Of a stretch of DNA of 64,000 nucleotides, positions 10,501-20,023 are shown one piece after another; within the stretch, counting starts at the first letter, position 1, and every line of letters begins with the position of its first letter. The notes under the pieces were generated by a model. The model ran no database searches. It was not told where the DNA came from and saw only the letters and a program-made list of their open reading frames with translations. This DNA is from an uncultured Bacteroidales bacterium (GTDB taxonomy: Bacteria > Bacteroidota > Bacteroidia > Bacteroidales > VadinHA17). Location: assembly GCA_963760915.1 (NCBI GenBank), contig CAVXEU010000005.1, positions 256,966-320,965 of the forward strand, in the 5' to 3' direction. The position numbers and the translations under genes are program-made.

Positions 10501-12960
10501 TTACTCATATCTAAGTGCTTCCGCAGGGTTCCTTGTTGCAGCCCGCCAGCTCTGCCGGCTGACTGTAAGCAGTGCCAGTCCCAAAGCAAGCAATCCGGCC
10601 AAAACAAAAATCCACCAGTTCAGATCTGTTCTGTAGGCAAAGTTTTGCAGCCACTTATTCATGAGGTACCATGCAATTGGTGCAGCAATAATAAAAGCAA
10701 ATGTTACCCATTTTATAAATTCTTTATTGAGCATAATAATGACCTCTGTCACATTTGCGCCATTTATTTTTCGCATGCCGATTTCATTACGTTTCTGACT
10801 CAGATAAAATATGATCAACCCGTATAAACCAAGACATGCTATTGTAATGGAAAGTACGGTCAGCAATGTATAAAACTTCCCAAACCTTGCTTCGGACTTG
10901 TACTGTCTGAAGAAAAATTCATCGGCAAAAAAGTAATTCATAGGATCGGAGGTATAATGACTTGCCCAGGTACTTTTTAAGATTTTCAAAGCTTTATTAA
11001 TATCCGGGGTATTAAGTCTGACAGAGTAATAACCAAATTCGAATGGATGACCGTTGTTATATATCATAGGATAAATGGGTTTCTGCAGTCCTTCGTTGTG
11101 AAAATCAGACAGAACACCGATTACTTCAATTGGTACAGTATCCCTGTTAGACCGGTAAATAAAATTACCTATCGCTTCTTCGGCACTTTTAAATCCAAGT
11201 TCCTGCACGCTTCTTTCATTTATAATAACCCTGCGCCTGTTAAAAGATGGTGTTGGAGAAAAATTTCTACCGGCAATAAGCTTTAAACCGAAAGTCTCAA
11301 TAAGTCCATCGTCGGCATTATTCTCAAAAAATGTAGTATTCGGACGAATTCCTGCTTCAGGCCGTACATATTCGACATTACCATACCTGGGTGCCTGTCC
11401 GGGAGTAAAAGTATTTGCCGTAACTGATTTAAACTCGGGGTATTGAAGCAAATCATCCCGGAAAGCCAGATACTTTGTGCGTCTTGTTGTATCGCTATTT
11501 AATGAAGCCGGGGCGTTTAAAGTAATTACCTGACTAAAGTCAATACCCATATCGGCATTCTTCATGTATAAAATTTGCTTGTAAACCACCAGTGTGATGC
11601 TGATAAAGATTATTGATAGTGCCATCTGGGCTATCACCATTCCTTTTTGGAAGCTTCGTTTGTGTCTTACTGTTTTTTTACCACTAAATGGATTTAGCCC
11701 TGCCAGGGTTAAAGTATTGTAAATGCTTGAGAAAAATATCCCTGCCAGCGAAATGCCGGTTAATGACCATATAATATATTTACCCGGGAATACGGCCTGC
11801 GACAATGGAATTTCGAAATATCCGGCAAATGCGTTCAGAAGGGAACGGTACAAAATGAAAGCCAGGAGCATGGCAATAATATTTAATAAAAGAGTCTCCA
11901 GAAAAGATTGTATCCAAATATGTAAACCTGAAGCTCCTATAAGTTTTCTCATACCTATTTCATCAGCTCTTTTAGCCGCCAGTGCCGTTGACAGGTTGAC
12001 GTAGTTGATCCAGGCAATAAAGATGGTCAGCATCGCAATGACAAAAAGGAAAAACAGTGACTTCTGGTTTGTTTGTGACCCCAGTTCACCTTCCAGTCCG
12101 CGTAAATAATGAAGATCGGATAAAGGCTGGAGAAAAATTGTGGCAGTACGCTGGTTTACGGTTCGGGGAGTATTAGTATTTACCAGACTTGTCAGTGTTT
12201 CTTCCATGCTTTTTATTGAAACGCCGGGTTGTAGTTTTATATAATTCCAGTAGCCGTTATAATTCCAGTCTGGGTTTCTGCTGATCCAGTTGTACTGTTC
12301 CCACGTTTTCAGGGAAATAAAATAATCAGCCGTCAGGTGAGTGTTGGAGGGAAGGTCGTTATAGACACCTGTAATCTCAACCGGCATTCCTTCGTTTACT
12401 TTCATAATTTTACCGACCGGATCCTCATTTCCAAAAACTGCCGGTACTTTAGACCGGGCAATTATACCGGTTAGCGGCCTGGTAAAATCTACACTACCTT
12501 TTATTAATGTTAATGAAAATACCTTTTCGAACCCTTCATCTACCCATAGGACCCTCTGTTGCGCAAGCTGTGCATCCTTGTACCTGATCAGACAGGATTC
12601 AAAGTATGCGTCACCGTTTGCCTCAATTCCCGGAACATCTTTTTTACTTGCAAAGTATAATCCTCTTGATGTTTTAGTGCCGTGATAAAATTTTTCACTT
12701 CCATTTTTAGTGTCCATATTAACACGGTAAATGGAGGATGAATCCTTGAAAAATGAATCAAATGAAATTTCATAAAAAAGGTAATGAATTATGAACAGGA
12801 ATGCTGTTAAGCCCATGGTAAGCCCACAAACATTTATAATTGAAATCCCCCTGTTTTTCAACAGAGTCCGCATAGCTGACAAAAAATGAATTTTTAACAT
12901 TTTTAAATTTCCGTTTTGTGATTCGATTATTGCTATACTGCTAAGGTAATAATTATTCAA
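10501..12960 (-). CDS. Double-FtsX ABC-type permease (array paralog P4)
   Basis: 819 aa in the ORF track. By alignment with its paralogs the likely true start is the ATG at 12900 (MLKIHFLSAMRTLLKNRG), giving 800 aa. Tail SRQSWRAATRNPAEALRYE. Confidence 0.9.
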   Translation of the reverse strand: MNNYYLSSIAIIESQNGNLKMLKIHFLSAMRTLLKNRGISIINVCGLTMGLTAFLFIIHYLFYEISFDSFFKDSSSIYRVNMDTKNGSEKFYHGTKTSRGLYFASKKDVPGIEANGDAYFESCLIRYKDAQLAQQRVLWVDEGFEKVFSLTLIKGSVDFTRPLTGIIARSKVPAVFGNEDPVGKIMKVNEGMPVEITGVYNDLPSNTHLTADYFISLKTWEQYNWISRNPDWNYNGYWNYIKLQPGVSIKSMEETLTSLVNTNTPRTVNQRTATIFLQPLSDLHYLRGLEGELGSQTNQKSLFFLFVIAMLTIFIAWINYVNLSTALAAKRADEIGMRKLIGASGLHIWIQSFLETLLLNIIAMLLAFILYRSLLNAFAGYFEIPLSQAVFPGKYIIWSLTGISLAGIFFSSIYNTLTLAGLNPFSGKKTVRHKRSFQKGMVIAQMALSIIFISITLVVYKQILYMKNADMGIDFSQVITLNAPASLNSDTTRRTKYLAFRDDLLQYPEFKSVTANTFTPGQAPRYGNVEYVRPEAGIRPNTTFFENNADDGLIETFGLKLIAGRNFSPTPSFNRRRVIINERSVQELGFKSAEEAIGNFIYRSNRDTVPIEVIGVLSDFHNEGLQKPIYPMIYNNGHPFEFGYYSVRLNTPDINKALKILKSTWASHYTSDPMNYFFADEFFFRQYKSEARFGKFYTLLTVLSITIACLGLYGLIIFYLSQKRNEIGMRKINGANVTEVIIMLNKEFIKWVTFAFIIAAPIAWYLMNKWLQNFAYRTDLNWWIFVLAGLLALGLALLTVSRQSWRAATRNPAEALRYE

Positions 12961-13033
12961 CTCTTAATGTCCCGAAGTATTTACAGTTAAAGCACAAATA
13001 GAGTTTATCTGGAAGGATTCTTTACCCTAAACA

Positions 13034-15433
13034 CTATTCATAACGGAGTGCTTCAACAGGATTTCTTGTTGCAGCTCTCCAGCTTTGCCAGCTTACCGTT
13101 AACAATGCTATTCCAAAGGCAATCAGACCGGCTAATCCGAATATCCACCATGTTAATCCAGTCTTAAAAGCAAAGCCAAGCAGCCATTTATGCAAAGCAT
13201 ACCAGGTGAGAGGAATAGCAATTAGATAAGCTATTGTAATCAGGATTATAAAGTCTTTGTTTATCAGAAGCAGAATCTCTGAAACCTTAGCTCCGTTTAA
13301 TTTACGGATTCCGGTTTCTTTGGTACGCGATACAGCGATCATCATTACAAGTCCGAACAGTGAGAGACTGGTAATTATTACGGCCATCAGGCTGAACAGA
13401 ATAAAGCATCTGAAAAGCTGGATATGCGATTTGTACTGCGAATTGAAATAGTCGTCAAGGAAAAAATACTCAAAATACTGATCCTTAAAATATTTAGGAT
13501 ATTCAACTGTTACTTTTTTCACAATATCCTGAATATTCGCATTTCTGATCTTAAAAAACATAAAAGTTCCAATCTGGTCACAATTAAAAATGGTTGGTTT
13601 GACCTCCTGATCGAGTGAATTCTGGAAGTACCCGTCAATCACCCCTACAATTTCTCCTATATCTTCTTTATTGTCAGAGTCATATAATGTTTTGCCAATA
13701 ACGTCTCTGTAGTTATCTTCCCCGAAAGCCATAGCTGCTTCTTTATTAAGAATAACATGGCGCGATCCTCCGAGCCAGTTTGTTTCATCGCTGAAGAACT
13801 TCCTTCCGGCCAGAAGTCTCACTTTGAAAAAGTCAAAAAAATTGGGAGCCACATCCGACTGGAAGAATTGATAATCAAGTCTGTTCCTGCCTTTTATGGA
13901 AATTCCCCCTTTTACCCATCCGTTCTTTTCTCCCGGGATAACTGTTGAAAAGGTAACGCCTGTTATTCCGGGGTACTTCATAATACTCTCCTGAAAAGTC
14001 ACCTGGGATGTGTTGAATTCACTGGAGGATGGTCTTTTAACGACAAGTACCTGATCGATATCCATTGTAAATGCATCCTTTTGCATATATCTGATCTGTT
14101 TCAATGCTCCGATAGTGCTGCCGATAAGTATTATAGCGATTGTGAACTGGCTGATGAGTAGAATTTTCCGGGAATATTTTTTGTCGCCGGTTTGTATTTC
14201 TTTCTTTATAAAGGATATAGGAGCTACATTATAAATTTTCATACCAAGAATCAACCCTGTAATAAGACTTAATATTACCAGGATGCAGACCGGGATCAAC
14301 CATGTTCTTACATTGAAAAGGGTTCCAAGAGTGAAATCAAGATTCAGAAAAGATTTTAAAGCAGGAAAGAACAGGAATAAAAATACAAAAGCCAGGGCCA
14401 GACTTAACAGCCCGGTAAAAAGGGTTTCCGTTACAAAATCTGCAATAATCTCTTTTCGTGAGGCTCCGTTGATAATTCTGATTCCTATTGCATTAATTTT
14501 TCTGCTTGTACGTGCCGAATAAAGATTAAAATAATTGAGTCCGGCACTTATGAGAATCAGAAATGCTATAGCCAGCAGGACAGATAAGTATTTGCTGTTT
14601 CCGTTAGCTTCATATTCGAACCGGTAACTTGAATGTAAATGGATGTCTGTAATTGGCTGAAGATGGTACTCAATAGGGTAGGTCAGTTCAACCTTATTTG
14701 ATATCAGGTAATCCTTTGCCAGCGCAGTTATCTGGCTTGCAACATTTTCCGGATCACTTCCTTTGCGTAAAAGGAAATAGGTATTGGTGTTATTGCAGGT
14801 GTAACAATAGTTCTTATCGGTTATGGTTGACAATGATATTACAATATCAAATTTGAGATGTGAGTTTAAGGGGACATCTTTTATAACGCCCTGTATTGTA
14901 AGAGCTTTTTTACCCGGATTTACGCCATAAATTGTTTTCCCCACAGGATTTTCGTTCCCGAAGTACTTGCGTGCTGTCGATTCGGTAACTATTGCAACAT
15001 CCGGTTGTCTGAGAAAGCTTTTTCTATCACCTGAAATGACTGTATGGGAGAACAGGTCGAAAAAAGAACTGTCGGCAAACAAGGTTCTATCCTCCTTATA
15101 TATCTGTTCATTTGCCTGTACATACTGGGTTAATAGCTTACAGCGGCAAAAGTTTTCGACTGAAGGTATTTTTTCATATGCAATCTGTCCGACCATATAA
15201 TTGTTACCAACACTTTTATCGAGTCCGGTCTGATAATATCTGTAAAACACCAGTCGTTGTAACCGGTCCGCTTTATCAAAATACCTGTCATAGCTTCTTT
15301 CAAAGCCGATATACTGGAAGATAAGCAGGACTGCCATCATGCCTATTGCCAGTCCCAGTATATTAATGCTGCTGGCCCCTTTGTTTTTCAGGATGTTTCT
15401 GATTGCCAGCCTGATATTTTTGTTAATTACCAT
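13034..15433 (-). CDS. Double-FtsX ABC-type permease (array paralog P5)
   Basis: 799 aa with the same architecture (RTKETGIRKLNGAK). Tail SWQSWRAATRNPVEALRYE. Confidence 0.9.
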   Translation of the reverse strand: MVINKNIRLAIRNILKNKGASSINILGLAIGMMAVLLIFQYIGFERSYDRYFDKADRLQRLVFYRYYQTGLDKSVGNNYMVGQIAYEKIPSVENFCRCKLLTQYVQANEQIYKEDRTLFADSSFFDLFSHTVISGDRKSFLRQPDVAIVTESTARKYFGNENPVGKTIYGVNPGKKALTIQGVIKDVPLNSHLKFDIVISLSTITDKNYCYTCNNTNTYFLLRKGSDPENVASQITALAKDYLISNKVELTYPIEYHLQPITDIHLHSSYRFEYEANGNSKYLSVLLAIAFLILISAGLNYFNLYSARTSRKINAIGIRIINGASRKEIIADFVTETLFTGLLSLALAFVFLFLFFPALKSFLNLDFTLGTLFNVRTWLIPVCILVILSLITGLILGMKIYNVAPISFIKKEIQTGDKKYSRKILLISQFTIAIILIGSTIGALKQIRYMQKDAFTMDIDQVLVVKRPSSSEFNTSQVTFQESIMKYPGITGVTFSTVIPGEKNGWVKGGISIKGRNRLDYQFFQSDVAPNFFDFFKVRLLAGRKFFSDETNWLGGSRHVILNKEAAMAFGEDNYRDVIGKTLYDSDNKEDIGEIVGVIDGYFQNSLDQEVKPTIFNCDQIGTFMFFKIRNANIQDIVKKVTVEYPKYFKDQYFEYFFLDDYFNSQYKSHIQLFRCFILFSLMAVIITSLSLFGLVMMIAVSRTKETGIRKLNGAKVSEILLLINKDFIILITIAYLIAIPLTWYALHKWLLGFAFKTGLTWWIFGLAGLIAFGIALLTVSWQSWRAATRNPVEALRYE

Positions 15434-15462
15434 TGTAATGATTTTGTTTGTAATAATTTAGA

Positions 15463-17916
15463 CTATTCATATCTAAGGGCCTTCACCGGGTTCCTCGTCG
15501 CTGCCCGCCAGCTTTGCCAGCTAACAGTCAGCATGGCAAATAAAAGCGCCATAATTCCGGATAGAACAAAAACCCACCAGCTAAGCTCTGTTTTAAAAGA
15601 AAAATTCTGAAGCCATTTATTCATTGCGTACCATGCAACCGGTGTAGCAAAGACAAACGCAATCGCTATCCATTTCACGAAATCTTTGTTAAGGAGAACA
15701 ATAACTTCAATAATTGTTGCGCCATTTACTTTTCGAAGTCCTATTTCCTTGGTTCTTCTTTCATTCATACTCAACGAGAGCCCCAGAATCCCCAGAATAC
15801 ATAGAAAGACAGTGATAAAAGCAAACAGCAAAAGGAGATTCAGTGCTTTATGGTCAGATATATAATACCCGGCAATCCTGTCACTTAGAAATATGTATGG
15901 AAATACCTCGCCGGGAAAGACATTTTTCCATATTTTATCTATTTTATCCAGATCGCCTGGTAAAATTTCAGCTCTGTGGCTGCCGACAGTCTTTGAATTT
16001 GAAAGTTTTATATTCAAAGTCCTGAAACCGGCCGGATTATTATAAAAAACACAGGGTCTGATCTCATTGCGAAGTGAACCGGAATTAAAGTCCTCAACAA
16101 CACCCTTGATATATAGCCTGCTCGCGCCCGGACCTTGTATGATCTTACCAACAGCTTCATCTTTATTGAGGCCTATTTCAAACAGAAATTCCCTGTTTAA
16201 AATAATTGCACCGGCTGTATCACCGGAAGAAAAATTGCGTCCTGCTGCAAGTCTGAATGAATATAAATTCAGATATGAACTGTCGGCCATTTTAATCTCT
16301 GCATCAATTCTTTTTTCAGCATTATTGTTAAAATAGCTGAAGGAAGTCCATTGCTGGGATTCGGCTGGCACAACAGAACTAAAGCTTATCTCCTTTACAC
16401 CGGGAAAAGATAAAAGTTCACCTGATAACGCTGCCAGTTTTGAACCTGAATTTTCAGGCAATCTGGCGTAGATAATATTATCCGTGTTGTACCCCAGATC
16501 CTTGTGATTAATGTAATATATCTGCTTGACTATAAACAGAGTAGCAATTATAACTGCCTGTGCCACAACAAACTGAAGTATAACGCTTGCTTTTCCGAAA
16601 CTATTTCTGTTACCTGAGATGCCGGAATCACCGCTTTTTAACATTCTGGATAGCGATTTCAGGTTTAAATTATACGAGGAGAATACTACAGCCAGGAAAC
16701 CTCCGGAGAACAGAAGTGCCAGGACAAACAGAAACGCGGAAAAATTAATTTCCGGAATATATCCCCTGGGTATGTCTATGAAAGAATATAAATTTCCGAT
16801 TACAGAAAATACCAGCTGAACGCTCAACAGAAGAGCGAAGAAGTTTAACAGAAGCGATTCAGTAAGAAACTGAAAGAAAATTGTACGGGGATTGCTTCCA
16901 AGAATAAGCCTCAGCGCAATCTGCTTCTTCTGTTTGATTGTCTCTGCCAGAAAGAAGTTGCTGTAATTAAAACATGCGATCAGAAATATAAAACTGCCTA
17001 TAATGGTCAGTGCTAATAACAGGCCTCCGCTTACAGTACGGTTGTTGAAATTTCCGAAACTGCTTTCCTTGTGTACTTTCGACAGAGGCTGCAGCTTGAA
17101 CAATCGTCGCTCAGCATAATTACCATCAGCATGGGGGGAATAGATATCTTTGAACTTTTTCTCAATAGATTTAATGTCGCTTTTGTTATTCAGAACAACA
17201 TAACACTGAAAGTTGTCGGACAGGTTACCCCAGTCAGTGACTGATCCCGGATTAAGCTTTTCAGTATATGTTGGCAACGACAGAATAACTTTAAAAGGCA
17301 GGTCGGTATTTTCCGGGAAATCCTGGATAATACCAGCAATTGAAAATGTAGTTCCAAACAACCTGATATCTCTGCCTATTGGATCCTGGTTCTGGAAAAG
17401 TCTCTTTGCTGTTTCGTTGGTAATTACAGCAGTAAATGGTTTATCCAAAACCTGTTTACCTTCGCCATCAAGCCATTTTATACCACTTTTACCAAAATCA
17501 AAAACATCAAAAAATGAAGGTTCTGTGAATACGATGCCATCATCTAGCGAGAACGACTTTTCATCCTTGCTATCGCCTGAGAGGACGTTTATTTTCTGTC
17601 CATACACATATAACATGGATACAACATTTTGTATCTCAGGGATATTTCTTTTAAACTCACCCGGTAAAGCAGAAAAAACCCCGGTCCTGTATTCCAGTCC
17701 GCCTGTAGTGTAATCAAGTCCGGAAGTAACCCGTACAATCCTGAAGATATCTTTGCTTTGTGAATGAGAACTATCAAAACTCAATTCATAATTAATTTTA
17801 GTATAGATAATCAGACAACTGGTCAATCCTATTACCAGACCTGTGAATACCAGTAGATTTGATTTGAGATTTCGTGAAATCCTCCGTATCGCAATTTTTA
17901 GATTTTGTCCGTTCAT
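15463..17916 (-). CDS. Double-FtsX ABC-type permease (array paralog P6)
   Basis: 817 aa with the same architecture (RTKEIGLRKVNGAT). Tail SWQSWRAATRNPVKALRYE. Confidence 0.9.
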   Translation of the reverse strand: MNGQNLKIAIRRISRNLKSNLLVFTGLVIGLTSCLIIYTKINYELSFDSSHSQSKDIFRIVRVTSGLDYTTGGLEYRTGVFSALPGEFKRNIPEIQNVVSMLYVYGQKINVLSGDSKDEKSFSLDDGIVFTEPSFFDVFDFGKSGIKWLDGEGKQVLDKPFTAVITNETAKRLFQNQDPIGRDIRLFGTTFSIAGIIQDFPENTDLPFKVILSLPTYTEKLNPGSVTDWGNLSDNFQCYVVLNNKSDIKSIEKKFKDIYSPHADGNYAERRLFKLQPLSKVHKESSFGNFNNRTVSGGLLLALTIIGSFIFLIACFNYSNFFLAETIKQKKQIALRLILGSNPRTIFFQFLTESLLLNFFALLLSVQLVFSVIGNLYSFIDIPRGYIPEINFSAFLFVLALLFSGGFLAVVFSSYNLNLKSLSRMLKSGDSGISGNRNSFGKASVILQFVVAQAVIIATLFIVKQIYYINHKDLGYNTDNIIYARLPENSGSKLAALSGELLSFPGVKEISFSSVVPAESQQWTSFSYFNNNAEKRIDAEIKMADSSYLNLYSFRLAAGRNFSSGDTAGAIILNREFLFEIGLNKDEAVGKIIQGPGASRLYIKGVVEDFNSGSLRNEIRPCVFYNNPAGFRTLNIKLSNSKTVGSHRAEILPGDLDKIDKIWKNVFPGEVFPYIFLSDRIAGYYISDHKALNLLLLFAFITVFLCILGILGLSLSMNERRTKEIGLRKVNGATIIEVIVLLNKDFVKWIAIAFVFATPVAWYAMNKWLQNFSFKTELSWWVFVLSGIMALLFAMLTVSWQSWRAATRNPVKALRYE

Positions 17917-17998
17917 AGTTCAAATGTAAATTTGATCCTAAAATTTATTGTTTGTTATAAATCTGGTTTTCATGTAAAACATTACACAAAATATTTGA

Positions 17999-18226
17999 TT
18001 ATTCATATCTTAATGCCTCCACCGGGTTTCTTGTTGCTGCCATCAGGCTCTGCCAGGAACCACCCCTAAATCCCCCAGGGGGGACTTTGGATTCTGCTCT
18101 TAACCTCATCTTTAATTTTTCCCAGAGTAGTTTTTCACAAGTTGTCATGTTATTTCTAAGGATTTTGGCTGCCGAAAAAGTCTCAGGCAAGGCACCGTAA
18201 TACATTGATTTTTCTAATTCTTTCAT
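17999..18226 (-). CDS. 75-aa chimeric small ORF (DUF559-like N-terminal fragment fused to FtsX permease C-terminal tail); may be a pseudogene
   Basis: MKELEKSMYYGALPETFSAAKILRNNMTTCEKLLWEKLK.. matches the DUF559 N-terminal helix motif (A.xLRxxxTxxExxLWxxL). The C-terminus SWQSLMAATRNPVEALRYE equals the permease tail. Confidence 0.4.
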   Translation of the reverse strand: MKELEKSMYYGALPETFSAAKILRNNMTTCEKLLWEKLKMRLRAESKVPPGGFRGGSWQSLMAATRNPVEALRYE

Positions 18227-18281
18227 ATCTTTAAATTAGTACTAACCTGGTTAAGCCCCCCTTGGGGGGTTTGGGGATAGA

Positions 18282-18509
18282 TTACTCATACCTTAATGCC
18301 TCCACCGGGTTTCTTGTTGCTGCCATCAGGCTCTGCCAGGAACCACCCCTAAATCCCCCAGGGGGGACTTTGGATTCTGCTCTTAACCTCATCTTTAATT
18401 TTTCCCAGAGTAGTTTTTCACAAGTTGTCATGTTATTTCTAAGGATTTTGGCTGCCGAAAAAGTCTCGGGCAAGGCACCGTAATACATTGATTTTTCTAA
18501 TTCTTTCAT
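18282..18509 (-). CDS. 75-aa chimeric small ORF, copy 2 (identical protein)
   Basis: Identical translation to copy 1. Its 3 nucleotide differences from copy 1 are all synonymous. Confidence 0.4.
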   Translation of the reverse strand: MKELEKSMYYGALPETFSAAKILRNNMTTCEKLLWEKLKMRLRAESKVPPGGFRGGSWQSLMAATRNPVEALRYE

Positions 18510-18564
18510 ATCTTTAAATTATTACTAACCTGGTTAAGCCCCCCTTGGGGGGTTTGGGGGTTGA

Positions 18565-18792
18565 TTACTCATACCTTAATGCCTCCACCGGGTTTCTTGT
18601 TGCTGCCATCAGGCTCTGCCAGGAACCACCCCTAAATCCCCCAGGGGGGACTTTGGATTCTGCTCTTAACCTCATCTTTAATTTTTCCCAGAGTAGTTTT
18701 TCACAAGTTGTCATGTTATTTCTAAGGATTTTGGCTGCCGAAAAAGTCTCAGGCAAGGCACCGTAATACATTGATTTTTCTAATTCTTTCAT
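18565..18792 (-). CDS. 75-aa chimeric small ORF, copy 3 (identical protein)
   Basis: Identical translation to copies 1 and 2. Confidence 0.4.
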   Translation of the reverse strand: MKELEKSMYYGALPETFSAAKILRNNMTTCEKLLWEKLKMRLRAESKVPPGGFRGGSWQSLMAATRNPVEALRYE

Positions 18793-18847
18793 ATCTTTAA
18801 ATTAGTACTAACCTGGTTAAGCCCCCCTTGGGGGGTTTGGGGGTTGA

Positions 18848-18878
18848 TTATTCTTCAACCGGATTCCTTGTTGCTGCC
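18848..18878 (-). pseudogene. Vestigial permease 3' end (reads ..AATRNPVEE*), with a 12-nt internal deletion
   Basis: ttattcttcaaccggattccttgttgctgcc aligns with the last codons of the permease genes. Upstream of it (minus sense) there is no permease reading frame. Confidence 0.6.
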
Positions 18879-19021
18879 TTTATAATTCCTGTCATAAACA
18901 TTATTTGAAGTTATATTATGAGCATGAATTTCTAGATTTTATCATCACTCGAGATGATCCCGTCCACCAAATTTATGATACGGTTACCATATTTTCTTTC
19001 ACCCCCCGAAACACACTGGGG

Positions 19022-20023
19022 CTAATCCTCAAACCGTACATTTACATTTCCACCGCTTGAATGCATATAAACAGGAATTCCTCCATTATTCAAAGTTCCT
19101 TTTACACGATTCTTTTCAACTCTTCCGGAGAAATTACGTAGTTCAATATTAACCTTATCTGAGCTCAGATCCAGATCCAGTCCAAGGTCGTTCCCATTTT
19201 TGATAGTTGCATTGATTCCTCCCCCGCTGGATTGCAGGTATAATTCCTTGCTTAAGTTAGCAATATTAATACGGACCGGACCACCGCTGGATGTAGCTTT
19301 TACAGACCCTGCCTCCCCGGAAACGCTCACTCCGCCGCCGCTGCTGCCGGCATTCACATCACCGTGAATATTATTAAGGTGTACACCACCTCCGGAACTA
19401 TGGGCATAAACGCTGCCATGTGCATCATCCAAAGTGATACCCCCTCCGCTGGAACTCAAGTGAACATCACCGTTTTGATTATTTGTTGTTACTCCGCCAC
19501 CGGATGAACTTGCCGTTGTGGTTCCAGTGATATCTTCCAGTTGTACACCACCTCCGCTGCTCGAAAAATTATGAGTGCCTTTCACACCGGAAATTTTTAA
19601 TCCTCCTCCACTTGAGGATACATTGCATGACATTTCACGTGGGACTATAATTGTAAGTGAGATACCAGTATTCTGCCATGGATTTATACGTAACCTCCGT
19701 TCAATATTTGCAGTAATTACGGAACCATCTTTCCCGATATCCAAATTATAAATTCCCAGAACATCATCTACCGCCGGATCTGACGGAGATAAAAGCTTTC
19801 CGTTTTTTCTTATATATAACTCTACCACTACTTTATTCTGATCATGAGTTCTTACCTGTACTCCTCCGCCGGATGACTTTGCATTCAATGTACCGGGCTG
19901 ATCCAGATTGTATGTCTTTACTATGGTAGGAGTCCTGTTTTCCTGGGTAAATCCTTTACATGAAAGCAGTGTTACCAGCATTGCAATCATCGTGTACGTT
20001 TTTACATTTGTCTGAGTTTTCAT
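19022..20023 (-). CDS. DUF4097-like beta-helical repeat lipoprotein (putative adhesin family)
   Basis: Signal peptide plus lipobox (VTLLSCKG). About ten repeats of SSGGG[VI]x at an 18-residue period (SSSGGGVQLEDITGTTTA, SSSGGGVTTNNQNGDVHL, and so on). Confidence 0.7.
   Translation of the reverse strand: MKTQTNVKTYTMIAMLVTLLSCKGFTQENRTPTIVKTYNLDQPGTLNAKSSGGGVQVRTHDQNKVVVELYIRKNGKLLSPSDPAVDDVLGIYNLDIGKDGSVITANIERRLRINPWQNTGISLTIIVPREMSCNVSSSGGGLKISGVKGTHNFSSSGGGVQLEDITGTTTASSSGGGVTTNNQNGDVHLSSSGGGITLDDAHGSVYAHSSGGGVHLNNIHGDVNAGSSGGGVSVSGEAGSVKATSSGGPVRINIANLSKELYLQSSGGGINATIKNGNDLGLDLDLSSDKVNIELRNFSGRVEKNRVKGTLNNGGIPVYMHSSGGNVNVRFED

Larger units (their letters stand above)
17999..18878 (-). 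repeat. Tandem array of a 283-bp unit (3 full copies + 31-nt truncated start of a fourth)
   Basis: The ORF-track copies start at 17999, 18282 and 18565, an exact 283-bp period. The units are near-identical by eye. Each unit has a permease 3'-tail copy, a G/C palindromic junction, a DUF559-like 5' fragment and a CCCCCCTTGGGGGG spacer. Confidence 0.95.

Noticed and set aside
17213-17713. 166-aa plus-strand ORF, and similar long antisense ORFs (21209..21703, 29308..29856, 38040..38705, 59050..59640, 34719..35114)
   Set aside because: All lie entirely antisense to well-supported genes (permeases, LolE-like, yihY/nadC, glmM, valS). Their products are Ser/Pro/Ile-rich and low-complexity, as expected for shadow ORFs.
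18255-18280. C6TTG6-TTTGGGG motif as an intrinsic terminator or G-quadruplex
   Set aside because: The stem leaves only a 2-4 nt loop and no U-tract follows on the transcribed (minus) strand. Only two or three G-runs lie close together, too few for a canonical quadruplex.
18262-18483. Plus-strand ORFs across the repeat units (18262..18483, 18545..18766, 20101..20394)
   Set aside because: They are mirror-frame ORFs of the minus-strand chimera. The minus frame is the one carrying recognisable DUF559-like and FtsX-tail sequence, and the plus-strand products are low-complexity with no recognisable motifs.
17999-18878. Regularly spaced repeats that could be mistaken for a CRISPR array
   Set aside because: The period is 283 bp and the whole unit is repeated. 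There are no short direct repeats separated by unique spacers, and no cas genes are in the window.
19300-19650. 54-nt periodic GC-rich repeats
   Set aside because: They are explained by the SSGGG 18-residue coding repeats of the DUF4097-like gene, so they are not a non-coding satellite.
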